From: Candidatus Thorarchaeota archaeon
Lineage (GTDB): Archaea; Asgardarchaeota; Thorarchaeia; Thorarchaeales; Thorarchaeaceae
DNA length: 64,000 bases
Reading direction: 5' to 3'
NCBI GenBank assembly: GCA_016933575.1
Contig: JAFGAR010000081.1
Span: forward strand, 96,001 to 160,000
Shown: piece by piece, positions 38,168 through 48,078 of the stretch
How positions within the stretch are numbered: position 1 is the stretch's first letter
How the letters are laid out: each line of letters starts with the position of its first letter
Position numbers and translations under genes: made by a program
Notes under the pieces: model-generated
Seen by the model: the letters and a program-made list of their open reading frames with translations, nothing else
The model's database searches: none
Told to the model about the DNA's origin: nothing

Positions 38168-38725
38168 ATGGGACTTGATAGTATGAGCAAAGAGGAACAA
38201 TTGCCAATCCTTGACACCAAAGAGTGGACCAGCACTCCAGAGACCGTTGCAGACGAACTCAGGTCTTTTGTTAAAGAATTCGAGTTGTTTACGCCTGAGC
38301 TCTTTGCTGAAGTCAATTTTCATCTCCTACGACAATCTGGTCTTACAAAAAGCAGCCGACAAGCATTGTGCGAAATATCCATCTTCAATAAGACTTGTCC
38401 CAAGTGTGAACTTCTGTACAGTGCCAAGAAATGTCCTCTCTGGTCCCGACTCTACAAAATAGTGACTTGGGATATAGTCGAAAGAGCGCCTCCTTGTATT
38501 CGATTAGCCTTTGCAAAAAAGACAATAAAGACTGTGACTAACTATCTTGTTGCTGTTAATCTGGTGAGCCCACCTTTTTTCAAATCCCGCGGAGCACCAT
38601 CCTGTAATGCAATGCGAAGATGGGGGTATTGCCATCCCAATGAATATTGCAAAGCAATGGAGACCGATAACACATTCGAATACAATGCTGCACGAGAACG
38701 AGTGAAATTATCACGGGCTCTCTAA
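38168..38725 (+). CDS. Cys-rich protein resembling the Fe-S C-terminal domain of primase large subunit PriL (start uncertain)
   Basis: PPCI...APSCNAMRRWGYCHPNEYC...N..EY plus upstream C-x8-C-x2-C-x8-C. Confidence 0.55.
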   Translation: MGLDSMSKEEQLPILDTKEWTSTPETVADELRSFVKEFELFTPELFAEVNFHLLRQSGLTKSSRQALCEISIFNKTCPKCELLYSAKKCPLWSRLYKIVTWDIVERAPPCIRLAFAKKTIKTVTNYLVAVNLVSPPFFKSRGAPSCNAMRRWGYCHPNEYCKAMETDNTFEYNAARERVKLSRAL

Positions 38726-38791
38726 TCAAAGGATTCAAGTCATGGCTTAAATACTGCTCCAGACCTATGAGAAGACACGGGGCAGGTCATT

Positions 38792-40300
38792 GTGATCGAC
38801 GAAATCAATGTTGAACATGTTCAACTCATTCGCTTGACTGGACTTAGAGAGGATCTTCTTCAAAATGCCCGTGTGGAGAATGGGACGTCTTGGAGTAATA
38901 TCTCTCAGACTATCAGTGAACATGAACGTATTATTTCAATGGGCGAAAGGCATAGTAGACAAAAAGCAATTCAAGATCCTGTTCATGGGGCGATTATTTT
39001 AGAACCCTGGGAACTCGACACGATTTCTACTTGGGAGATGCTCAGACTCAGATATGTAATGCAACTTGGCCCTGCTCACATAGTTTATCCTGGAGCCACG
39101 CATACACGCTTTCAACACTGTCTGGGAACTAACTTTCTTGCTCAGAAATCAATACGAGTTGTGAATTATTGCGAAGACCTTGATACAGCGTGTTTTGTCC
39201 CCTTCTCCGGTCTCCTTGATGATTATCAAAAGAAGCTATTCAGAGCTGCAGCATTACTTCATGATGTTGGTCATCCACCAACTTCTCACACAATAGAGTA
39301 CGCCCTAGAATCTTGGGCAAATCTTGACCACACAGACTTGGGCGAATTCCTGATTCTACATAGCGGTCTTACTGACGTACTCAAACAGAATGATATTGAA
39401 CCAATTGATGTTGTAAACATACTGAAGAAGCGTACGAAAGACCCGATTATGCTACTCTTGAATGAGTTTCTTGACCACCCCTTGGATATTGACAAGACCG
39501 ATTATCTCATCAGAGATGCGTATTTCAGTGGAGTCCAGCTCGGGGTCTTTCCCGCAGAACGTGTTTTACTTACCAATCGTGTAGTCCTCGATAAGAATGG
39601 GAAATATGTCCGTGCATTTATGTTGAAAGCCATCCATTCTCTGGAAGCCCTCATGTTAAGTCGGAATTGGATGTTCTCAGACCTCTATTTGCATCACGCA
39701 GTCAAACTGGCTGAGGCGCTCATTTCCAAAGCAACTTACTTCAGAATGGAAGAAGAATCTCTTACTAAGAATGAATGTATTGGATTCTTTACACGAATGA
39801 CAGACAGTGACCTATTTCGGTGGCTTTCAGATTCTGAAATTCCCTTTGTTAGGGAGTATATCTCACGAATAACATATCGACGACTCTTCAAAGTTGCTCT
39901 CTCACGACCCATTATCTCATTTGAGCCGGATGCTCAGAAAGAGATTCTCTCGATGAGAGATAATATCCAGCGGCTTCTCACTCTTGAGGATGAGTTGGCT
40001 GATAAGAGGGGGAGTGTTGTTGTAGATATTGTTATTCCAGAGTTAGGCGAGAAGCTCCTAAGCAAGATCCCACTCTTGATTGGTGGCGAACGGGGGTTCG
40101 ATCTTGTAGCGCTAAATGAACTCCAAGAGGGTCGCCCCCTATTGCAAACGCTGAAACAACAGACACATACAATTCCCTCAGTGCGAGTATATACTGACCC
40201 ATCTATTGCAAGTACTATTCGTAAGAAATTCGAAAAACGATTCCCATTAGCACATATGCCTGAGCATCGAGATGATGAATACGATTTGATTGAGTACTAA
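38792..40300 (+). CDS. HD-domain phosphohydrolase, SAMHD1/dNTP triphosphohydrolase-like
   Basis: IQDPVHG, RLR..QLG...VYPGATHTRFQHCLG, ALLHDVGH.P.SH, DIDKTDYLIRDA, LYLHH. Confidence 0.9.
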   Translation: MIDEINVEHVQLIRLTGLREDLLQNARVENGTSWSNISQTISEHERIISMGERHSRQKAIQDPVHGAIILEPWELDTISTWEMLRLRYVMQLGPAHIVYPGATHTRFQHCLGTNFLAQKSIRVVNYCEDLDTACFVPFSGLLDDYQKKLFRAAALLHDVGHPPTSHTIEYALESWANLDHTDLGEFLILHSGLTDVLKQNDIEPIDVVNILKKRTKDPIMLLLNEFLDHPLDIDKTDYLIRDAYFSGVQLGVFPAERVLLTNRVVLDKNGKYVRAFMLKAIHSLEALMLSRNWMFSDLYLHHAVKLAEALISKATYFRMEEESLTKNECIGFFTRMTDSDLFRWLSDSEIPFVREYISRITYRRLFKVALSRPIISFEPDAQKEILSMRDNIQRLLTLEDELADKRGSVVVDIVIPELGEKLLSKIPLLIGGERGFDLVALNELQEGRPLLQTLKQQTHTIPSVRVYTDPSIASTIRKKFEKRFPLAHMPEHRDDEYDLIEY

Positions 40301-40974
40301 AGCAAATGTTTGATACTCTCGCGAACCTTTGGAAATCCATACTCCATTTGGATTATTCCATAGATTGCCTCAATGAGGGTTCCTTTGTCATGTTCAATCT
40401 CTGACTTGCTTGGAGTCGCAGGGTCGAAATGTATCCTATGTTCATAGAGCTGCCATCGGTCGCAGAGGTCCGCCATATGCTGGTTACTGACAATCTCAGC
40501 TTTCTTCTGAGTCAACTGACCGACATCATCCAGATTATTCTGCCAGAGGCGGTATAGTACTCCCATTGAAATCGCTGCATCTCCAAGAAGTGCGAATACT
40601 TTGGCAATCTCACTGACCGATATCAGAGTTACAAACTCATCACTACTTAGAGGAACATCTTTCTCGTTTCGATATTGAATCTCTAGCTCCAAAAACAAGT
40701 TCTTAGTACTTGGTTGAAACATGGCAACTATGAGAAGTTCCTTATTTTTTATCTTGAAGCCGAGTGTTCTTTCAAGTTGTGGAGCAATTCGGTTCTTGAT
40801 ATAATCTGTCTTATCATGAATCTGGAGTATCTGTTCTTCCCATCGATTAAGCTTCTCTGCAAATCGAGTCTTGTTGAATGGATTCTCGTCTTTGGAATGA
40901 CGAATGATCTCTAGCAATTTATCTAACTTCTTCTCAATGTGAATTGGTTTCCATTCAAGGCTTTTCCGACTCAT
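40297..40974 (-). CDS. RNase III-domain protein without dsRBD
   Basis: LERTLGFKIKNKELL..A, ALLGDAAI, G.LTQKKA.IVSN, TLIEAIYG follow the RNase III domain order. Confidence 0.75.
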   Translation of the reverse strand: MSRKSLEWKPIHIEKKLDKLLEIIRHSKDENPFNKTRFAEKLNRWEEQILQIHDKTDYIKNRIAPQLERTLGFKIKNKELLIVAMFQPSTKNLFLELEIQYRNEKDVPLSSDEFVTLISVSEIAKVFALLGDAAISMGVLYRLWQNNLDDVGQLTQKKAEIVSNQHMADLCDRWQLYEHRIHFDPATPSKSEIEHDKGTLIEAIYGIIQMEYGFPKVRESIKHLL

Positions 40975-40987
40975 GATATCTCAACTC

Positions 40988-41770
40988 TCAATAGTAGCTG
41001 AGTTCAGCATTCGAAACATCATATCTAGTAACATGAAACGCAGTAATTGAATACTCTGTTGAAAGCTTAGCCATTGCAAGAGTAATCAACGACGGACCCA
41101 GAGTCAGGTCCATGACCATATCGTGGATGAATATGTTATCAATGATTGCTGCCTCCATAAAATCAACAGTCTGCTGTAAGTGACCGTATTCAGTTGCATC
41201 GTCTGTTCCTGTTACTTCATCAGGCACCTCAATCCACTCAGTAGTCCATCGTCTGAATGCATCATCGGGTATGAACCTATCAACAATTCTCGAAACACCT
41301 CTTGTCCAATGCCTTGCTTCTACAAAGACAAGCAATTTTCTTGGATTGAAATGAGGATTATTCGTCAACCACTGTACAAAGGGTCTTTGATCCTCAGGAC
41401 GGCTCAAAGAAGTAACATACAAAAGGGGTTTTGTTATCCCCAGAGCTCTACGCACCGGATGAATTGCTTTCGGTTCTAATTCAAATAGGCGGTATTGCGA
41501 TTGCTTCCAACTTACAATGATTCCAAGCTCCTCGAGTCTTGTAGTATTGTGATAGAGCTTGGGACTGGTAACCTCGACTTTCTCAATCTCTTTCTTACTT
41601 GCTCCTTCCACCATCTTCTGAGCCTTTATATCAGTGGCAATCTTCTCTCGCAGCTCTGCTCCCGTCTTCAATCCGCCTTCAAGTTGATCCAAGATAATCC
41701 TTCTCGCTCTTACTGTCTCTATCTCTTCCTTGACGAGTTCTTCAACAGTCTTGTTGAGCATTATAACCAT
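40988..41770 (-). CDS. Winged-helix protein fused to a C-terminal CARF-like domain
   Basis: N-terminal wHTH (SPKLYHNTTRLEELGII...LFEL); C-terminal LLYVTSLS...P.KLLVFV...MVMDLTLGP...A...FHV. Confidence 0.55.
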   Translation of the reverse strand: MVIMLNKTVEELVKEEIETVRARRIILDQLEGGLKTGAELREKIATDIKAQKMVEGASKKEIEKVEVTSPKLYHNTTRLEELGIIVSWKQSQYRLFELEPKAIHPVRRALGITKPLLYVTSLSRPEDQRPFVQWLTNNPHFNPRKLLVFVEARHWTRGVSRIVDRFIPDDAFRRWTTEWIEVPDEVTGTDDATEYGHLQQTVDFMEAAIIDNIFIHDMVMDLTLGPSLITLAMAKLSTEYSITAFHVTRYDVSNAELSYY

Positions 41771-42038
41771 TCATCCGCGGATATATTAGCTAGTAATTAC
41801 AAGTACTAACCTTTTATACTTATCTAATATAATGTCGAATTAGAGCCTAAAAATGGTCCAAAAAGACGATACAATATACATTCCTAAGATACTTTTCGAA
41901 ATAATCGACACCCGTCCGACGAACCCTTAAATAGAATTTGGCAGAAGCCTGTACTAGCAAGGAGCTTCAAAGCTCTGAACTGACGAATCTGAATTTCTGG
42001 ATTTGTCCAAAACTAAATTAAAAAACGAGGACCGAAAA

Positions 42039-43178
42039 ATGGCTGAAGACGAGTTTCTTGGCGCAAAGCCGATTGTCATTGACAACGGCACAGGTTTGAG
42101 CAAGAACGGATACGCCGGCGAAGATCAGCCACGAAGTGTCTGGCCTACCTTGATTGGCTACCCACGATACGAGTCAATCATGACTGATGTTGATCACTAC
42201 ACACGTGACTACTACATTGGTGAAGAGGCTATCAATCTACGTGGTGTCCTACGCCTGGTTTACCCGATCTCTCATGGAATCGTAGAAGACTGGGATGCAA
42301 TCGAGAAGATTTGGAGTTACACCTTCTATAACGACTTGAAGGTAGATCCCAGCGAGAACCCGGTGCTCCTCACTGAAGCACCATTCAACCCCAGAGAGAA
42401 CAGAGAACGCATGGCCTCCGTAATGTTTGACAACTTCGGAGTACCTGCAGTATACGTTGCCACACAGGCAGTACTGTCACTGTACGCATCTGGTCGAACA
42501 ACCGGTCTGGTCATCGACTCTGGTGACGGTGTGACCCACATAGTACCAATCTATGAGGGCTTCTCAATCAATCACGCTATCCGCAGAATTGACTTGGCTG
42601 GAAGAGACATCACTGAATACCTCCGCAGACTACTCAGGCAGAGAGGATACTCCTTCGTGAGTGGTGCAGAGAAAGAGATTGTCAGAGACATCAAAGAGAA
42701 GCTCTGTTATGTAGCTCTCGATCCCGAGAGGGAGCGAACAGTCGCTGACAAGGCTGGTGTCGACAAGCCCTACATGCTCCCTGATGGTGAAGTCATCACT
42801 GTCGGTGCAGAGCGATTCCAGGGTCCAGAGTTGTTCTTCAACCCAAGTGCAATTGGTCTTGACACAATGCCTCTCGATGAGCACATTGTCGAGTCAATCA
42901 AGGCTTGTGATGTCGACTTGCGACGTGACCTATACGCCAACATCGTATTGTCCGGTGGCTCAACCATGTTCCCAGGACTCAAGGAGAGACTCCACAAGGA
43001 GATCACCGAACTAGTCCCAGAGAACATCGAAGTCCGAATCATTGCTCCTCCAGAGAGACAGTACTCTGTCTGGATTGGTGGTAGCATTCTTGGCTCACTC
43101 AAGACATTCCAGAAGATGTGGGTGTCAAAGAAGGAGTTCGAAGAAGTCGGACCCGAAGTGATACACCGCTGTATCTAG
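42039..43178 (+). CDS. Asgard actin (eukaryote-like actin)
   Basis: [89 protein letters not shown]; start at ATG 42039. Confidence 0.98.
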   Translation: MAEDEFLGAKPIVIDNGTGLSKNGYAGEDQPRSVWPTLIGYPRYESIMTDVDHYTRDYYIGEEAINLRGVLRLVYPISHGIVEDWDAIEKIWSYTFYNDLKVDPSENPVLLTEAPFNPRENRERMASVMFDNFGVPAVYVATQAVLSLYASGRTTGLVIDSGDGVTHIVPIYEGFSINHAIRRIDLAGRDITEYLRRLLRQRGYSFVSGAEKEIVRDIKEKLCYVALDPERERTVADKAGVDKPYMLPDGEVITVGAERFQGPELFFNPSAIGLDTMPLDEHIVESIKACDVDLRRDLYANIVLSGGSTMFPGLKERLHKEITELVPENIEVRIIAPPERQYSVWIGGSILGSLKTFQKMWVSKKEFEEVGPEVIHRCI

Positions 43179-43194
43179 TACATACACAGTTTAA

Positions 43195-43234
43195 CGAAGG
43201 TGGGCTTCGTGCCCCCTTCGCTCTCTTGTTTTTG
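43195..43234 (+). terminator. Strong hairpin plus pyrimidine tract after actin
   Basis: CGAAGG-T-GGGC/TTCGT/GCCC-CCTTCG followed by CTCTCTTGTTTTT. Confidence 0.7.
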
Positions 43235-43239
43235 ACAAT

Positions 43240-43767
43240 TTATCCCACAAGAAAATCATCCGTGGATTCGCTCTCATTATTTTCATCTGCCCATAATTCA
43301 AGAGGTTTGGGAGGTTTCACCACTTTCAAAATGATAACTCCACCAATGAGCAACAGTGGTATTGGAACATCAGCTATCTGGATCATACCATATAACAAAC
43401 CATTGAATAAGTGGTACATCATAATACTGAATTGCCAAAGTTCACTTATCACTCCGATATACAGAGCACGACGTATTGTTGATTTTCTAGTATAACATCT
43501 ATACATTTCAAAGACAAACCAAAAACGTAGTAGCGTATTGATTGGATAACTCAGCAACAGAAAAGGTGCGAAGATGAAGTATGGCATCACGTTGGAATAA
43601 TGTACCCACGTCAGAGAAGACATCCATATCACAAAGATACCATCAGAGGGCTCGAAATATCGAGTAAACGTATACGGAGTAAAGAGTGCAACAACCGCCA
43701 TTATGATTGCAATAATCTTTGCTCTAGTGCCTAGATTTAGACGGAAACACTCTCTATCTTCTCCCAT
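43240..43767 (-). CDS. Hypothetical membrane protein
   Basis: 4-5 hydrophobic segments and an acidic tail. Confidence 0.65.
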   Translation of the reverse strand: MGEDRECFRLNLGTRAKIIAIIMAVVALFTPYTFTRYFEPSDGIFVIWMSSLTWVHYSNVMPYFIFAPFLLLSYPINTLLRFWFVFEMYRCYTRKSTIRRALYIGVISELWQFSIMMYHLFNGLLYGMIQIADVPIPLLLIGGVIILKVVKPPKPLELWADENNESESTDDFLVG

Positions 43768-44011
43768 TTTCCTAACCTGTTTCTAATCAACATATACTTC
43801 AGATAAATCCATTCTTTTTTCTTCTCATTCCTGTCTTTTCCTAAATCTTCTCTTTGCATTTATGTGAACTGCTATAATCTAATTCTATTGATTAAAGAGA
43901 ACTAGAATGGACGTTGTTAGTATAAAACTGGAAATAAGAAAATTCCACGAGACAAATTCTAATGCACGTACCTAGTTAATCTACGAATAAAGCATATGAC
44001 AGTCGCATTTT

Positions 44012-44488
44012 TCATGTCTTGCCCCAGCCAGGTAATTGGCTAGCTTGCTTAATCCAACTAACGAGTTGAGCTTCGTTAATCTCATCATTCTCGTAGATGT
44101 TGAGGTAGCGCACATTCTTGTCCTTAGACTCACCTGGCGGGAGAGGACTTAATGACACGCCGTTGAAGAAAGCAACTTTGATGTACTTTGTGAAACAATG
44201 GTAGTTGAGGAACCAGCCCTGGCCTTCCATACCATAAAACGGTGAATTCCACCTGACTGCTTTACGAACGTTGGGGACTGTACGTGTGATGAGTGCATCA
44301 AGGCGTCGTCCTACATCGCGTTTCCAGCCAGGTATAGCTTCTATATAGGCCTGTACAGGCGCGTCTCCATCGCCCTTCGCAATTTGGGGATTACCACCTG
44401 CGAGGAGAGCTGGTTTTGTGATGATGCCCTTTTTTTGAACTTTCTTTGCGACCTTAACTGATTTATCGGACATTTTGTTTGTCATCAT
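44012..44488 (-). CDS. DUF1801 (YdhG-like) domain protein
   Basis: GGNPQIAKGDG.APVQAYI, KAVRWNSPFYG, KVAFF.G..L.P.PP, WIKQA. Confidence 0.8.
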   Translation of the reverse strand: MMTNKMSDKSVKVAKKVQKKGIITKPALLAGGNPQIAKGDGDAPVQAYIEAIPGWKRDVGRRLDALITRTVPNVRKAVRWNSPFYGMEGQGWFLNYHCFTKYIKVAFFNGVSLSPLPPGESKDKNVRYLNIYENDEINEAQLVSWIKQASQLPGWGKT

Positions 44489-45014
44489 GCTAGCTCCAAA
44501 TGACCATCTTGTTATTAAATATAGTTAATTCTAGAGTATTTTAAGAATCTGCTATAGGCAGAAATCCATACCTGAAACAATACCAATCTGGAATTAGGCA
44601 AACAAATTACTCTTCAAACATCACTATCTATCCATCTTCTTAAGCATCAATTTCAGATATTTCGCATTACTATTGATCTCTCTTATTCACCTCTTGAGAT
44701 TTTGATTTTAAACTATGTGAGAATCCATCAGGATTGCTCGTTAAATATTATAATCCAGATATTTTATCTTTTTTAATGGAAGATGAATTTGATAGAAACT
44801 CTCCCCTGGATGGAGTTCTTGCCGCTAGTCATAGACGAGGAGAGGATGCCAAGTCCCTGAGAATTGTTCACATTCAAGACTCATATTTCAATAATTAGAC
44901 AGATTGCTTTCTTAGTGAGATGTAAGATTGTTCGTCGCTTCCTAGACTCCCATTATTACTTTGACGAATGTCTTCTCTCTTGACATTCTAGCAATCATTG
45001 GAACCCACGTTGTC

Positions 45015-46568
45015 CTAAGGCTGGCGACGTCGATATACTAGGATTAAGACGATGACCACTCCTGCCACTACGACTCCTCCTATCACAAGCGATTCCAGTG
45101 GAAAAGATGCTGTGGTTTGAGTAGTCGTTGTTGTTGCTCCAACAGTTGTGAAGACAAAACGGTCGTGGCTCCAGACCTCATCTGAATTCATTGCGTAAAC
45201 ATCAAGTGTATGTAATCCATTGGCATTTGGAAGACCGATTAGTTCTGTTTGATTTGCAACTGAATCCCAGCAATAGTATTTCTCAATTGGAATTTCACTA
45301 AAGTATATCTCTGGTAGTGTGTTAGGTTGTTTTGAGCTTCCATTCCAGATTGCTCGAAGTGCTATCTCAATTGGTCCTGTGTAAGGCAGCTGATAGTTGT
45401 GGCCTATTTCACCACTCAGTTTGACAGAAGATATGTTCACATGGTTGTAACTCGAATCAACTCTAGTGTAATGATAGTATGCACCACCCCATTGAGTATA
45501 AACTAATGGCGCACCTCCACCGCCAGATATGATATGTACGAGGCCATTTACTGTGAGTCTATTGAACAAGTGATCGTGACCACATATGTATGCAGTAACA
45601 TTGTGTTCTTCGAAGAGTTGTTGCAGTCTAATTCTCTCATCTGGTTTACTGTCAATAGAATCGCCTAGATGATTCAATGGGTACATTGGACGATGTCCGA
45701 TTACATATTTCATTGGGCAATCCGTGGATTCGAGGTCGTTGACCAACCAATTGTATTGATCGCCTGTAATCCTTCCTTCTAAATACTGCTGTTCTGTGTC
45801 CAAGAAAATGAAATGAACTCCTGCATAGTCAAATGAGAAATATGTAGATGGCTCGTCATACTGCTCAAATGCGTCAAAGTAATAATCGAGATTAAGTGTT
45901 CCAGTCTTAGCACCAGTATCATGGTTACCGAGAGCACCATAGATTGGTGCATAGTGGCCTATTGAATCAGATATATTAGTGAAAGCCGCCCAACCAGCGA
46001 GATTGTCTTCATGATTCTCATTGACTTCTAGGACATAGTCTCCAGACATCACAACGATATGAGGATCTTCATCTACTATCATCTGGGATAGCTCCTTGAA
46101 TTCCTCTGGTTGTATGTAGCTAACTAAGGTCGGTCGATTGTCACCAATTATGATCATTCTAAACCTAGCCCCATCCGCAGGGGCTGTCCTGAAATGATAA
46201 AGTTGGCTCTCTGTATTATTCGAGGAAACCTTGTAGAAGTACCTAGTGTCAATATCCAATCCAATCAGTGGCACACGATGGTTAATGTCAAGTGTAGTAT
46301 TCTCAATTTTTTCTATAACTGATTCATTCAGACCATACCAAACAGTAGCATTCGTCACTCCCTCAGTTCGCCAGAATATCATCGCCGACTCATTTGTGAC
46401 CATGTTGACAGTAGGTCCTCTAATAAAGAACGATGAGTCTGCTATAATTGCAGAGTCCACCAAAGATGTTATTTGAATGCCTCTGTTGCCCATCAATGTT
46501 AGGGGTATAGGACTGATAAGAATTGCCAATAGCATTAGAGGCAACCAGGTGCGAGACAAAAATATCAC
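45015..46568 (-). CDS. Surface-anchored purple-acid-phosphatase-like metallophosphoesterase (FN3-like + calcineurin-like domains)
   Basis: Signal peptide, FRTAP, GDNR, GDYV, GNHD, GHRP, GHDH, Thr-rich linker, C-terminal TM and RRR. Confidence 0.88.
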   Translation of the reverse strand: MIFLSRTWLPLMLLAILISPIPLTLMGNRGIQITSLVDSAIIADSSFFIRGPTVNMVTNESAMIFWRTEGVTNATVWYGLNESVIEKIENTTLDINHRVPLIGLDIDTRYFYKVSSNNTESQLYHFRTAPADGARFRMIIIGDNRPTLVSYIQPEEFKELSQMIVDEDPHIVVMSGDYVLEVNENHEDNLAGWAAFTNISDSIGHYAPIYGALGNHDTGAKTGTLNLDYYFDAFEQYDEPSTYFSFDYAGVHFIFLDTEQQYLEGRITGDQYNWLVNDLESTDCPMKYVIGHRPMYPLNHLGDSIDSKPDERIRLQQLFEEHNVTAYICGHDHLFNRLTVNGLVHIISGGGGAPLVYTQWGGAYYHYTRVDSSYNHVNISSVKLSGEIGHNYQLPYTGPIEIALRAIWNGSSKQPNTLPEIYFSEIPIEKYYCWDSVANQTELIGLPNANGLHTLDVYAMNSDEVWSHDRFVFTTVGATTTTTQTTASFPLESLVIGGVVVAGVVIVLILVYRRRQP

Positions 46569-46814
46569 CGTATACTATAAGCAAAATGTTTCTAATAAAT
46601 CATAGGCTCAACTGGCTCCTCGAAATGAATATGATATTAATGGAATCTTGCGAATACCGGCTTTTTACATGTAGTTTCAATTACATGTTTTACATTCTCA
46701 CGGACCAGTGAATTATGGCTCTACTTGGTAGAATCAGAAGTACTTACAGAGTTGAAGGTTCGCCTGAACGAGGATTCACGGTTACACTCTGATTTCTTCA
46801 TTATGAAAAAGACG

Positions 46815-47798
46815 TCAGCACGCATTAGTATTCATCTCAGGTGCCCAATAATAGAATTGCTTATAGTATACATCTTCAAATCCAAATTTCCTGTAGAGTT
46901 TCTTTGCTGGAAGATTTGTTATTGACATATCCAGAGTCACATTGGCAAATCCACTATCTTTCAATGCCTTTAGTGCGCTAACAAGTAGATATTGGCCTAG
47001 TCCTTTTCTTCTAGCGTTTGGAACAAGCCCAATCGGTCCAATCTCTGGTTCGTTATCTTTTTCACGTGTTATGACAAAACCAACGACTTTCTCCTGGCTC
47101 ACAAGTACTAGTGATGCATCTTCAATGTGAGGTTTTGATTTGTCAAAGAAATACTGGATTGTTATCTTTTGTTCCTCAAGACTCATAGAGGAAAACAGAC
47201 CGTCTTTGCTATCCTCGAATGCCTGATATCCTGGCGTTTCCAATAATTCATAAGGCATCTCAGAGAATTTCCGGGTCTGATATCCTTGAGGTAGATCTAG
47301 TTGAGGCAGATCAACTGCTGTCAGGTCTGACTCCATATGAACTTCTTCCGCAGCAAATTGAAAACCTGCTGCTCTATACCATTTGACATACTTTTCTGAA
47401 CATGCTCTGTGTGCAGGAGTTGGTAGTTTAAATTCGACTTCAAGTCGAGTATGCCCAATTTCCGTTATACTCTTTTTTGCTATTTCAATGAGTGATAATG
47501 CAATCTCTTTGGGATTACGTGATTTGTCTATGATTGGCAGAAATCCTTCAATGAAAGCCATCAGGGGGAATGCAATATAATAGTAAATGCATCCCACTAT
47601 GTTTCCGTTTTCCCCTATTCCAGTTAGTATCTGATATTCATCGTTCATAGATATCTTCTCAAAGAAATCTACAACGGATTCCATATCTCTATTGGACTCC
47701 AGTGGCGTTTTCTCTCTTGCCGTTACGAAAATCCTTGCGAGTGAATGACAATCTTCCTTACTTAGTTTCCTTGATTCTATTTTAAACATCACAATCAC
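46815..47798 (-). CDS. Tandem GNAT acetyltransferase
   Basis: RRKGLG motif A, N.PAKKLYRKFGF; second degenerate domain (WYRAAGF). Confidence 0.85.
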   Translation of the reverse strand: MIVMFKIESRKLSKEDCHSLARIFVTAREKTPLESNRDMESVVDFFEKISMNDEYQILTGIGENGNIVGCIYYYIAFPLMAFIEGFLPIIDKSRNPKEIALSLIEIAKKSITEIGHTRLEVEFKLPTPAHRACSEKYVKWYRAAGFQFAAEEVHMESDLTAVDLPQLDLPQGYQTRKFSEMPYELLETPGYQAFEDSKDGLFSSMSLEEQKITIQYFFDKSKPHIEDASLVLVSQEKVVGFVITREKDNEPEIGPIGLVPNARRKGLGQYLLVSALKALKDSGFANVTLDMSITNLPAKKLYRKFGFEDVYYKQFYYWAPEMNTNAC

Positions 47799-48078
47799 GA
47801 TCCATAGTGAGTGACTCTTTTTGATTCTTTAACTGCTTTGCATAATCATTCTGGGTTGAATCATTAGTACTTCGACCCACGTAAGAAGTTGACCATTCAT
47901 GTCGATAATCAATACAATGGCATTGTTGCTTCCTTACATACTATTGTATTCAAGGACTATGTTCTACACTTTATTATGATACTGTAATCTGGTCAATATA
48001 TTGAACGATTCCTAGGTGTCTTTCCAACGATGATGGTTATTACCACGAAAAAGATACGTTATTTCATTACCAGATAGA

